Source of the DNA: Asterias rubens
Lineage: Eukaryota
DNA: 64,000 nucleotides
Direction of reading: 5' to 3'
Assembly (NCBI RefSeq): GCF_902459465.1
Contig: NW_022985697.1
Location: 434,001 to 498,000 of the forward strand
The notes under the pieces: model-generated
The model's database searches: none
Told to the model about the DNA's origin: nothing
Seen by the model: only the letters and a program-made list of their open reading frames with translations
Program-made: the position numbers and the translations under genes
Part shown: piece after piece, positions 33,196 through 45,168 of the stretch
Layout: every line of letters begins with the position of its first letter
Numbering within the stretch: the stretch's first letter is position 1

Positions 33196-33600
33196 GTCCC
33201 ACTTCCGGTTGACCTGGAAGTAGAGCTAGGTCAATATGGGTGCCAAATTTTGTTAAGGTTAATCCTTAATGCTCAAAGAGTCTCTAAGTAAAAAAGGGTT
33301 TGAAAATCGGTTTTATAGTTCTTGAAATATGGTCCCACTTCCGGTTGACCCGGAAGTAGAGGTCAACATGGGGCCGCGGAAACTGGAACAAGTTTGAAAT
33401 AGGTTGTATAGGTCTTGAGATCTGGTCCCAATTCAGGTTGACCCGAAAATAGAGGTCAACATGGGGTCACAGTTTTCCAAAGTAAAAATTTGAAAGGAGC
33501 CTATAACTGAAACAAAAAATGAAGATTGATTGTGTAGTATAACTGAAACAAAAAATGGGCCAACTTCCGGTTGACCCGGAAGTATACTTCTTGAGATATG
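33196..33600. repeat. Degenerate ~95-135-bp repeat built around the palindrome ACTTCCGG-ttgac-CCGGAAGT
   Basis: Copies at 33201, 33337, about 33430 (decayed) and 33563, each associated with a preceding or following cttgagatat-type motif. Confidence 0.7.
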
Positions 33601-34119
33601 GCGCTCTACTAAGATTTACTAATTAAATATGCAAATGAAGATCATAAGGTTAATTAATTAATAATTTAAAACAAAATAACGTTTAGAGTAAAGCTAATAT
33701 TTTAAAGCTTCAATTTTATATAAGATTTAACTCTTTTATCTTTATACTTTATACACCCCCCCCCCCCCCCTAAATTAAGAACTTTATACAATACGTTTTT
33801 CGCTTTGGATTCAATTAATACGTGCCTCTCCTTTTATTACAAGGAAATATTTGTATAATACTTTACCTAGCCTTTTATAAAACGTGTTGAGTGCGTCCCG
33901 GTCTGTGTTTGTCCATCACATTCATGATGCACATAATATGTGTTTTCCATCAAAACGGTTTTTGTGTGGTCATAATGTTCTCACCTCCGGGTCTGTTTAC
34001 ACAGGGCTACTTGTATGATTTCAGATTTCCCCTTACACACAAAATTATCGGTAGAGACTCTTGTTCAAAAACATTTCCCTTCACTGAATATAAATATTTG
34101 TATTTCCCCGGCATACACC

Positions 34120-34321
34120 GGGACTTTTCGTTTTCGATGACGGATGGTTCTGCGACGGTAAAGATGACATTTGGCGTCATCTGCGCATGCGTCGGCTTTG
34201 AGGACGGTCTTCCCTCAATTTCTACGACAGTACTTGGGATGAATCTTCGTTGTGCTGAAAACGACAACGTTTAGCTGAACGACCGTCGCAGAACCATCCG
34301 TCGTCGAAAACGAAAAGTCCC
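34120..34321. mobile_element. MITE with ~39-bp TIRs
   Basis: GGGACTTTTCGTTTTCGATGACGGATGGTTCTGCGACGG...CCGTCGCAGAACCATCCGTCGTCGAAAACGAAAAGTCCC. Confidence 0.85.
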
Positions 34322-34659
34322 TACCATTTCCGGAAGACGACAACCAATTGTGGGACATAGATAACCCTTCCACACCCTCTCCTACCCATTTGTTATTATT
34401 ATTATTATCTTTTTAGAAAGAGCTGATTATTTTGATGTTTGTTGCGTTCCCCCTTACATAGTTATAAAATGGTACTCTTCTAAAAATGTTTGGCATGTCA
34501 GTCAACCCGCTGGTGAGTGTAATTTATTCCTCCATGGTGGTGTGAACTAGAAAATAACAACAACTAATATCCACAATCTACACAATCATAGGTTTTGAAA
34601 TAGGCCTGCACCGACCGGACGCAAAATTCGGATATCCCAAAATCCCCTCACCGGTTGCA

Positions 34660-35185
34660 AAAGTTGACCGATTGCAAAAAGCCACCACCGATCCCTAAAG
34701 TTGACTGATTGCAAAAAGCCACCTCCGATCCCTTAGGTTGACCGATTGCAAAAAGCCATCACCGATCCCTAAAGTTGACCGATTTCAAAAAGCCACCACC
34801 GATCACTAAAGTTGAATGATTGCAAAAAGCCACCACCGATCACTAAAGTTGACCGCATGCAAAAAGCCATCACCGATCCCTGAAGTTGACCGATTGAAAA
34901 AAGCCATCACCAATCCCTAAAGTTGACCAACTGCAAAAAGCCACCACCGATCCCTAACGTTGACCGATTGCAAAAAGCCACCACGGATCGCTAAAGTTGA
35001 CCGATTGCAAAAAGCCACCACCGATCACTAAAGTTGACCACCAATTGCAAAAAGCCATCAACGGTCGTGAATATGCATGACCGATCGCTATATACATCAC
35101 CGATCATGAATATGCATGACCGATCGCTAAAATGGACCACCGATCGTGTTTTATCACCGCTCGCTAAAGTTGATCACCGATCGCA
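34660..35185. repeat. Minisatellite, 37-bp unit x~11, decaying rightwards into shorter cgatc-containing units
   Basis: aaagttgaccgattgcaaaaagccaccaccgatccct in tandem, with no unique spacers. Confidence 0.95.
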
Positions 35186-35338
35186 TAGGACCACCACCGA
35201 TGATTAAATGCCTCTTTGGCGTTCCATATTTAATGGCCACAAAATCAGGTTTGATGTTCTGTTACATTGAGTTGTGTACAAATCATGCCTGCATGAAGTC
35301 CACGTTATGTGGCTCTTGTGTTGTAAACAAGTGATGTT

Positions 35339-35886
35339 GGTCACTTCGTACCCAAGTCACTTCGTACCACATTTGTCTGACTCTGACCTCCATGCTCTGA
35401 CAGAAGTGGCCGGCCTTCATTATTTTCCTTCATGTAGACATTGACACTGATTATATTTCACATAAATTAAAAACGACTTGCAGGAAGATAAGAATAAAAT
35501 GTTCCTCACTATGACTAACCTTTGTAAAAAAAAGTGTCCAGTTATTATTATTATTGCTGAACTAATGTTCTTCACTTTGAGTTTGACGCGATTTTCTCAT
35601 TGAGTCATGGGCTCAGTTTTTGACTGTCTGACAGAGAATGGCACGCATTGAGGGCATATTTAACACGAGCTTTTCCTCCGTAAAATTACTACGTTTTCTC
35701 TCCTAAAAGTAAAAGGTGAATGTTTTATTAACTGATAACCAGTGCTGATATTAACAAAAACGAATCCCAAACTTTGTTTTGAAAACAAAACAAAACGAAG
35801 GTTTGTTTCAAATTGTTTCCTTCGTCTCAATAACCGTACCCAATTCATTCACGTATGAGGTGACTTGGGTACGAAGTGATTTGGGT
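35339..35886. mobile_element. Foldback-type element with tandem sub-repeats in its inverted ends
   Basis: ggtcacttcgtacccaagtcacttcgtacc on the left and ggtgacttgggtacgaagtgatttgggta on the right. Confidence 0.6.
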
Positions 35887-36339
35887 AAACAACTGAATGT
35901 CAAAGGTTAAAGACTAGCCCAGATTGGACTACCAGGGCTTTTTGTTTTGTTTTCCGTAATATAGTTTGCCTTTGCTTGTGAACGTTGTATTTTAGTATTA
36001 CTTCATGTATTATCGTTATTCCATTTGCTTGTAAAACATAATTCTTTATTCACTTCTAATTGTTTTGTTTATTTTATTGGATTTGGAAAAAAGTGAATTG
36101 AATTGAATTGAATTGAAGCGCCAGGGCCAAGCAAAATGAATTGTCCATATTTTTTGCGGGGTTTGTTTAATTAAAGTGCAGGCAAGAAGGTTAAAATTCC
36201 CGTTTGTTGACTACTGCCACGAGCTTTAAGAGGCCTATTCTTATTCTATGCTTTGAACATGTATAAACTACATAAAAAGCTTACCTTATAAAGACATTAA
36301 ATCACATCAAACGCTCATAGTTCATCCACGGTTTTCACA

Positions 36340-36720
36340 ACAATCAAGCATGGCTGGTGTGTGGCCATTTTAAATGCCGCATCATGGCATAAAACTGTCG
36401 AGTACCCCGACGTTCTACTGTGTATCGCTGGTGTGATACGATCTGGTACATTTGGCTGGTTCCAACCGCCTGTGACTATTCAAGGCCACGTGGCGCGTAA
36501 CTGGCTCTCGCAAGGTCTCGCGGTAAAGAGCGGGAACGCTGATAAAAACGTGAAGTTGAAAACAAATTGACGTTTGTTTAGGCCCCAATGGTAAAATTTA
36601 GTCAGATCTGAAAGTTATAGTTTAGGTTTGCAGGGGTTGTTTTTGTTTCGTTTCCTTAAGTAAATGGTCCCGACTTATTCTTGGGTCAGAATGAGATTAT
36701 CTCGCCGAGATTGGGGGAGA
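36340..36720. promoter_or_regulatory. CpG-rich, promoter-like segment
   Basis: About 17 CpG counted in 36361-36600. Contains GCCATTTT (YY1-like), CACGTG and TCTCGC half-sites. A minus-strand donor AG|GTAAGC lies at about 36285. Confidence 0.3.
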
Positions 36721-37028
36721 AAACCTACTAGTAAATTCAGCACTTCTTTTTAGTAATTAAATGCCTTGACGAATGCCTTTTAAGTTCTCAGCAACTGCAT
36801 GCACTCCAGCCCTATTTTCTGCCACCCCATTTAACATTGTTTGCTTCACAAGATCAAGGCATGAAAAGAACATGGGGCTGATTTCAAACCGAGGCCAAGA
36901 TTAATCCTACGATGTATATCAATCTTATTGTTTAGCAAAGTGTGATGTCTCAATATGATATTGAGAACTCATCTTAAGATGAATATTGGTGAGCTAGTGT
37001 TAAATTGAAGTCAAACATGGCCAAACTA

Positions 37029-37168
37029 TGGGTGCGTTCGTTTAGCTCCCCCGGGTCGACCCCGGTGTGTGGCGGGTTTTTTCCCCAGGACGAACGTGTA
37101 CATGTGTCCTGGGGGGGAAATCCGCCACACACCGGGGTCGACCCAGGGAAGCTAAACGAACGCACCCA
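37029..37168. mobile_element. Near-perfect 140-bp palindrome (MITE)
   Basis: TGGGTGCGTTCGTTTAGCT...GGGTCGACCCCGGTGTGTGGCGG / CCGCCACACACCGGGGTCGACCC...AGCTAAACGAACGCACCCA. Confidence 0.85.
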
Positions 37169-39489
37169 ATGTATATCATTCTGGTTTTAACTGGTTAGCG
37201 GAACACTGTTAATGGAAAACGCTGGATCATGACTTACATTGGCTGCTGCGAACCAACCTATACCAACAAACCAATCCACACACATTGTGTTACTTATGGT
37301 GTCATTTAAAACATTTAATAGGGCATTCAAATCAATATGTAAATTGCAAAACAATTTCAATTCCAAATTGAAGAACAAAAAAAAACAAGAATAAAATGCC
37401 CCACCGAAGAAAAGAAAAATCAGCCCAGCACCTGCCTCGTAAATCAATCCGAGCAGAGAGGACTTTAAATGAAATCAATATAACTTGATTCCAATAAACG
37501 AAACGTTATAGAGTGCTATAACTACAGATTTGCACCGAGAGAAAAACCCAACTGTGTTGTATTTAAATAATGAAGGTAAAAATTCTACTGTTAAACTTTA
37601 CTCTGAATAATGAAAGTCCACTACTAGGAATAATGTTCAACACTCACAGGCTTAAAAACATCGGTCGTCATTTGAAGAGACCAAGAGATTAGTAGTACCG
37701 TTTTCCTAAATTTTATATTATAATATTAATAAATATCACACTTGATAAAACCCAAAGAAGGAATGCTTTCTTTATATATACAATTTTGTCTCATGAATAT
37801 GCAAGACAGTCTATTTACATAACGTTGCATGACAATGACTATGCTGACTGCCTTACCCACCAGGCAAATGGCTCCAAAAACTGTACAATCGTAAATGCAA
37901 TATCTTTGGCTGAGGGGAGAAAAAAGAAAAAAGGAGAAGCGCACGAGAATTCTCCCTAAGATTTGTGGAAGAGCCTTTTTGCAAAAGACACTGTCAGTCA
38001 GGAGTTGTTCGGTCATTAATTTTCACAATGTTCTTGGTAAAATTTCACGTGTTTATTATTGACGCTCAGCCGTAAATAAGATTGATTTCGATTTTTCATT
38101 TGTTATTTGTTTTTTTTATGTTTTTATATTTTTAGGTATCACATTTCAAAACGAATATTTTCCTGCCGTCAAAGCTTTCTCCGACACTGTGAAAATTAAC
38201 TCCCCAAAAAGTTTCTTGACCCACAATACTAAAGATCTACATCTATAAATGGTTCACAGTTAGGCCTACTCCAAATTTCTAAGAATATATATTAATTAGG
38301 TTGACTATACAACTGGTTCAAATCGCCGCTTAAAAGGTTCGCAAAGGCACCTACACAATCAACATCAGTTTATTTGAACCAGTGTTTACTTATTAATACT
38401 CCATTTTGAAAAAATCTACACGTTCGGATTGATTGATCTAATATGTACACACAGACCCCGTGCCTATTCTAACGAATTCAGACTGGAGGATACAAATATG
38501 CGTATAATTCCGGAAAAAACATTAATTTGTCATAAATAGTACTATTGAGATATTAAGACACTGCAAAAGAAGTTTGCCTTTATGCGGGTTATAGTACACC
38601 AACTGTGTGTATATTATATGTCATATTATTTATAGTTATTATAAAATAAATTCATCATTATTCCTGATCGGTCAAACTATCCATTGAGTCATCCAACGAT
38701 CCAAATAAAAATAACAAAGTTATAAACATACTTAAGGCCAAAATTAGTCGTTCCATTTCACAAGCTCTCACTCTTCCGTCAGCCTGCCCATAAATGCGAC
38801 TATATCAAGAGCTATTGTCTGATAATTTACACATTTTGTGGATTAATGACAAAAACAATGGAAGACCCCAAGGAACAGCTTAACTGTAACTTGCACCTAG
38901 TGGTAATTTTTTGTTACATCAAGAAGGAATATCTGTCGACTTTCAACTGAAACTTCTTTACAAATTTGTGTCTGGTTTCTTCAGACTGAAATTATTACCA
39001 GGTACTGTAAAATGTTTTAACTATTATGTAATTACACAAACACACCTCTGGGAGTTCCTCGGGGCACTGTGCTTAGTCCATACAGAGAATAAAGAATAAT
39101 ACTCAGCTTTGTCCTGGCAATAAACCTTTTAAGAAATTCAGTTAACGAATATGAGGTATCATAAAACATTGCTGGATAAGAAACTTAAAGAAATTTTTGA
39201 GCAAACTGGTTTGGGCAAAACATCTGATGTTCCTCAGGTGTCTATGCTTAGCCGAAAAAGAAAAATACTCAGCTTTGTATTCTTAATCAACCTTATAAAT
39301 GGAGTTAATAAATATGAGATACCATAAATCCACTTGTGCAATACTGAAGATGCCAATAATCAATTTCAGAACATCACAAATAAACCGCTTATAGCTGTAT
39401 GGTTCACCCAAAGAAAACATAATAAATTACAAATGTTTAATATGTTTTAATTTTGGCTTCGCAGTCCTATACATCGAGCACGGGACCAG

Positions 39490-40836
39490 GGCCCAATTTC
39501 ACAGAGCTGTTAAGAACAACAATGAGCTTAGTACAATATGCTTACCAGAATAAGGTAACCCGACAAAATACCAATCCAAATGTACCATCTGTGACTGGTA
39601 TCCTGCTTATTTTTGCTTAGCAGAGAACTGTCAATCAGTGTTTGGTGTTATAAGATTGGGCTCTTGCCGACAACTGGCTCACCAGGCTTTATATTGAGAT
39701 TGCACAGCACATCACCACTATTTAACTGGTGTTCACTCTGTACTATGAAGATCCAACTTTACCTCAATCTGCTGAACCATGAATTTGCTTGGTTAAACTG
39801 ACCAACTCGGCCAACAATGTCGAAGAACTGCTAAGCACAAACAAATGACTCTTATCAGATTAAGGCTACCAGCCAAATTTACCATATCACATGCCACCTT
39901 TGACTGGTGTCCTGCTAGTCTTTTCTTAACACACCACTGTCAAGCAAACTTGCCTGATTGTGCAGCTCTATTCATAAAGTAAATACCAGCACAAAAACGT
40001 GCTAAGCACAAAAAATCCTGCTTAGCAGGAATAGGCCACCAGTCAAAATTCCATATACATTCTTACCTGGTGTCCTACTTACATTTTGGCTGAGCACCTT
40101 TAAACAATGGCTAAGCCATGTTTTCTGCATGACATCATAATATTATGAAACTTGGCCAAGGCCTCATCCACACTCCAAAAGCAAATATGATTCTTGTTGG
40201 AACAATTGCTGTACATCACACTGATATATGTGCTGTACCCAAACCATATTAAATTATAAATATATAATCTAATAATGTGCCAGGTCTTATTTAGTTTTTT
40301 ATTGTGTATATTTAGTTATCTATTACTGAGGAGGGGGGTGTAGATTGGAAGTGCCCCAAATCCATACATAATCCCTCAGTGCTTATATTTATTAGAACTC
40401 GACAGTTGCATATTTGCAGTATGACATCTACATGCCGACCTTCAATGGATGGTATAAATCTACCAAAACCAGAAGAGAGTTTAATTCATGATTTAGTGAA
40501 GTTCTGAAACTAATATCTGGCTTAATGAATGACAAACTGCAATTTAAACCTAACCAGAGCCTAATAGAATAAAGCTGTTTATTGCACACGAATAAGCTAA
40601 GCAAAACAAAAATGTGCTTACCAGAATAAGGTTACCAGCCAAAGTGTCATGCAACACTCATGTATAATCTGTAACCCTTATCCTGCTCATCTTTGTCAAA
40701 CAGAATGTTTAAGCAACATTTTCTGCTTAAGCACAAAACAGACGAGAGATACCATTCTGCATACACTCTGACTGGTTTCCTGCTCATTTTTGCTCAGCAG
40801 AATATTGTGCTTTTGCAGCTCTTTGCAATTGGACCC
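39490..40836 (+). mobile_element. Cluster of GGCCCAATTTC-family (Harbinger-like) MITE fragments
   Basis: Left TIR cagggcccaatttcacagagctg at about 39488. The core module aagg(t/c)taccagccaaa...tgactggt.tcctgct recurs four to five times. A decayed right TIR gcagctctttgcaattggaccc ends at about 40836. Confidence 0.6.
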
Positions 40837-41691
40837 TAAACTAGTGGGTAGCCAACGTGTATGTTACTAGTTTAGATACAGTTTGTCTTTGTACGAGGAT
40901 GGCAAAGCAAGTGGCTATGAATTCTTAATATTACTTGTGTGTAACATGAATGAGACTGTAATGCCATGTTTGGGGTTGCCTTTCAACAATTATGCAAATT
41001 ATTACACTACAACTTATGATATTTTAAACTGATTAGTATAATTATGTACCTTGGTGTTATATAAAGCTGTTAGTAAATCAGAATTTAAAATGTCATGACC
41101 ATGACATAGATTTCAATGTTTAGAATGGTCAATGAGGAAACAAATTGTGTATATCTCTAAAACTAACTGTGTATGTTTGTTAATTGTTCAATCAGGAACA
41201 AAGTAAGTATACAATTATGTAAATGCATGTACGTTTATGTAAATGTATCCAAAGCAGCTGGTGAATGACCGACTCCTCCCATGTTATATGGAATAAAATT
41301 TGAATATGATTGGTCTATAAGGAAAGCCTGTACCAAGATATGGGAAAGAAGTCCATGATTTAAAAACAATTATTGTACACTGCTCTACGGAATCAAAACC
41401 TCAGCCAAATTCAAATTTCTACATGTTCTTGGATTAGAGTTTTAAACAGAATAAATGTGAGTGGAAATCAACCTACGAATCCACTATAGTGGTTTAATAC
41501 AAGAGTTGGTGTAAATTAACAATTACAATATGAATACAACCATTTGTACAAAAATAACCCAATTTAAGTTTAAGTTAAAACCGTACCCAATATGGCGGGC
41601 ATTGCATCCTTTTTTTGTTTGTTTATGAAAAAGAGAAAATGAAAGCCATATTTTATATACCTCCAAACATACCAAACTTTATACAAAATGA

Positions 41692-44395
41692 TTTATTGCA
41701 AATAATGAAAAATCATTTAAGCATATACAAAGAAACAAACATCTACCAACTTCACAAGCTAACAAATTGAAATCTGTTACTTGACCAGTCTCTTCATCCA
41801 AGCATGCCACAGACACTGTTGTTTAAACCAATCCATCGCTGTTGAAACAAACCCCATACCTTATCGTATCACATCAAATAAATAAGGTTTCCACAACATA
41901 ATGGGAACTTTAAAAACAAAATCTGTATCATTTTGTTGATGCACATTTGGATGGTATACATGTACACTCATAACATTTACAGAAAACATTTTTGAACATG
42001 TATTGTTTATAATACCTAGGACTATATCATACACAGGTTGATTTGGATATTTTGAATACAGTCTGATAGCTTGCTACCAAATATTGATCTTTGATTGAAA
42101 TTATATTGAATAATCTGATTAGTTAATAAATATACATATATAATAATATAGATAGAGAGCTGTGAGGGCATATATGTACAACAGTGCGCTGCACTCCGAA
42201 TCTGGTTAAAAAGCAGCGTGGTAATTTGTGGTGTGTCAATGAAATGGGAAAGAGTGAGCTTGAGATAAAAAAAATTAAAAAACAGAAGTACATCCTTGGA
42301 AGATTGTCCACTAACATTACTTGTGGCTCTTTAATATTTCCATCTTTGTTCTGGGGCTAATCATTTTTCTGCAATCCCATAAAAACATTTTGTTTGTGGA
42401 GTATTTCCCCTTGATATGCAACATACTTTTTTCTTTTCATTTGGAGTTAACAACTTTGATTATTATTTACAACATTTCACACTTTTTTTTCAACAATCAA
42501 CTGTGTTTTGTGGATCTACAAGGCAACTTGAATTTCCAATTGTCATCTGTTAATAGCAGTCAGTAGATTAGGTTCAAGCAAGAATGGCTTTCTGTTTGTC
42601 TGTGAGATGGGGACTTGTGTCCTGACAGCTGCCTTAAACACCCCTCCATTATATCACTCACAGATTGTAGTCACTTCTACATTTATTTATATAAAATAAA
42701 AAATAAAAAGTTGATCCCCATGAAATTGAAGTTGCACTTTTCTATAATGGAAAAACATTGGCCACATGTGTCAGAGCATATTTATCTGTTTTTTATAGTC
42801 TGAAAGCTATGTGCTGCTGCTTCATGCACTTTCAGCCTCTTAGGACTGTGTAAGTTCTTGCACATATTGGATCATTTGGCCATGATAAAGAACTCCTGCA
42901 ACACCTTCAGACACCAACCCAGGAATTCAAGGCTACCCAAATCTGTCTGGATACTCAATAGACTTGTAGGGTCTCAAGGCAGTTGCCGACTGCATGACTT
43001 CAGGCAAGCAACTGCAGTTTGTCAACCAAAACACCAGGAGAGTGGCAGAAACAGCGAGACTTTGTACTATGTTTTCAAATTTCTAATGGCACAGCTGAGC
43101 AACCCAAAATGAGGCAATCAGCTGATCAGGTGCAACGTTGTATGCCTGTGACTTGAACAAGCAATTTGCCCCACTTGGCCCTGTGAGAAAAATATGAGTA
43201 ATAATGAGTATAGAAAGTGCTTGACAACAACAAAATCATCAGGAGCGCAGCTTGTGACTTAACAAGGGAGTTAATTACCTTTGATTTGACATATTGTGAT
43301 AACTTGAGACTTTATAACTGAATTGACTTCGGGGGTGGGACGGTGACGAACGAATATTCAGTTACAATTGTTGCTAAATGCAGACAGCTTTTTGAGCTGA
43401 CTGCTGTTGCTGGATGATCCTTGCAGCAGATGACACCTAATCTTATCAGTTTTTTTTTCTCTCTAACAAGGAACTCTATAAACCGTAACTGCATTAAGTG
43501 AAATCAAATAACTAATATTTAGGTCATTATGCTGTTATATTTGCATCTGGCGCGCATGGTTCTTGCATGTTTGGAGCTTGTTGATTTGTGGCCTTTAGCA
43601 GAATTAAGAATGTTCTCTCCAGCAATCTTGCGTTTTTTTCCCTATTTTTCCTTTCCTTTTAAGTTTTTTTTTTAATTGGTTATTTTATTTTATATATTTT
43701 TTTGTGGGGTACATGGAATAGGATTATTTGACACAGAGCAAGGTTGAAGCATAATACCACGTAGCGATTATAGAGATGGCCTATTATTGGCCTACATGCC
43801 CCGCTCCGGCACGCTGCAGTAAGCATTGACCATCATTCAACACTCACAAAAGGGCTCCTTACATTTTCATTCCACAATCAAAGTAATCAAACTAAAACCG
43901 GACAATAACAATAAATCCTTCAAATTGCTTTCACACACTCATGCACATTTTGCCTCAGCAGGAAACGACACCAGTCAGAGGGTCTAGTGAGAATGTTGAT
44001 CCACACTGCAGTGAGTGGATAGCAGTCTTATGTGGAGCATCCCCTCCATTTGTTGTTGTTGATCAGCTTGATTCACAGCGTATCCCCCAGTATGATCAGC
44101 CATGTGGTGTCAGTAAAGTGCTCAGAGTGTGACCGAATGTCAATTTACACCTGCTGGAAATGATGCCGCTGTCTGCAAACCTTCACTTTCTTCATTTTTA
44201 GTCTCGCTAATTACCTTCTCCCCCCCCCCCCCCCATCAACACCATCATCATGGTCATCGGCATTAGTCTCAAAACAACAACAGTTCAACACAGCGAATTT
44301 TTTCTTTGTAAGGCAATCAAATAACGACAAGCTTTACATAAAACGGCTCGTTACTAGTAGTCAGGGCTCCTTATGCCTGTCCTTTCTGACCTGTG
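41692..44395 (-). other. Probable 3'UTR of the Kv4/Shal gene
   Basis: Non-repetitive sequence following the stop codon. Candidate AATAAA at 41697..41692 with a T-rich downstream element on the minus strand. The true end is not established. Confidence 0.4.
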
Positions 44396-44818
44396 CTATA
44401 GTGCAGAGACTCGTACAACTCCTGGACTTGACCTTGTGCTCACCGTTGTGTTCAAGGAGTCACCATCTCCAGCTGTAGTTGGTGGAGACACGGTAACGAT
44501 AGCCGTGGTGACCGTCGTCGTGCAATTCATCTTGGGGTACGAGTCCATGGATAGGTCCTCCTTCTTAATGGTGGGGTTGGAATTGGGATCATGAATGTGC
44601 ACGTCGTTAAGGTCTGAATCCTCGGGTGAAGTCGGCGTGGCTTCGTAGCGGTTTCCGCGCGCCCAACGAGTACAGCAGCTGGAACCTGCGTGGTTCTTAC
44701 CCTGGTTGAGGGCGAACTCCCGGGATGGGCTAGGTGTAAGAGGAGGAGTGGGTGAACCTAAGGAGCGTGTGAACGGGATGCCATTATAGGTGTACTCAGT
44801 CTCCTGATACTGCCGATT
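44396..44818 (-). CDS. KCND: Terminal coding exon of a Shal/Kv4 voltage-gated potassium channel (140 aa + stop; phase 0)
   Basis: Acceptor tgtttgttttttgttttcactatAG; 423 nt open: NRQYQETEYTYNGIPFTRSLGSPTPPLTPSPSREFALNQGKNHAGSSCCTRWARGNRYEA...PKMNCTTTVTTAIVTVSPPTTAGDGDSLNTTVSTRSSPGVVRVSAL*. Recalled parallels: Kv4.2 NHEFVDEQ / STCCSRR / LNCEQPYVTTAIISIPTPP / GGNIVRVSAL and fly Shal DREFVELEIPFNG...GSPSP...SCCGR. Confidence 0.88.
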   Translation of the reverse strand, partial: NRQYQETEYTYNGIPFTRSLGSPTPPLTPSPSREFALNQGKNHAGSSCCTRWARGNRYEATPTSPEDSDLNDVHIHDPNSNPTIKKEDLSMDSYPKMNCTTTVTTAIVTVSPPTTAGDGDSLNTTVSTRSSPGVVRVSAL

Positions 44819-45084
44819 CTATAGTGAAAACAAAAAACAAACACAATATCAACTTATATTCTTCAAGCTTCAGCCCAAATGTATAAACAGCAAAGTGACT
44901 GGTCAAAGATCGAATGACAATGAATTTGTTTCATCGCCAAGTGTGTAGCTTTTAAATAGTCTCCTTAAGTACACATCATTATCACTGATTGACAACCAGG
45001 TTAATACAACGGCATAGTGCCTTTCTTAATTTGCGGCCAACATCACACTGGCGCATTCAAACAGGCCAATCTAACATGCTTACG

Positions 45085-45168
45085 CCATCTTTTACGTATG
45101 AACAAGGGACAAGTGCACGCATGTACGCGCTGCGTGTGCACTTTTCCCTTGTTATACATTAAAGATGG
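45085..45168. repeat. Imperfect foldback palindrome
   Basis: ccatcttt.a.gtat.aacaagggac.aagtgcacgca / tgcgtgtgcactt.tcccttgtt.atac.ttaaagatgg. Confidence 0.7.

Noticed and set aside
33891-34274. 127-aa and 86-aa ORFs
   Set aside because: They run through a GC-rich palindromic MITE (34120-34321) and encode nothing recognisable.
34660-35060. 37-bp periodic array as a CRISPR array
   Set aside because: Units are contiguous with no unique spacers, there are no cas genes, and the context is eukaryotic. It is a minisatellite. The same applies to 59240-59960 and 23560-24010.
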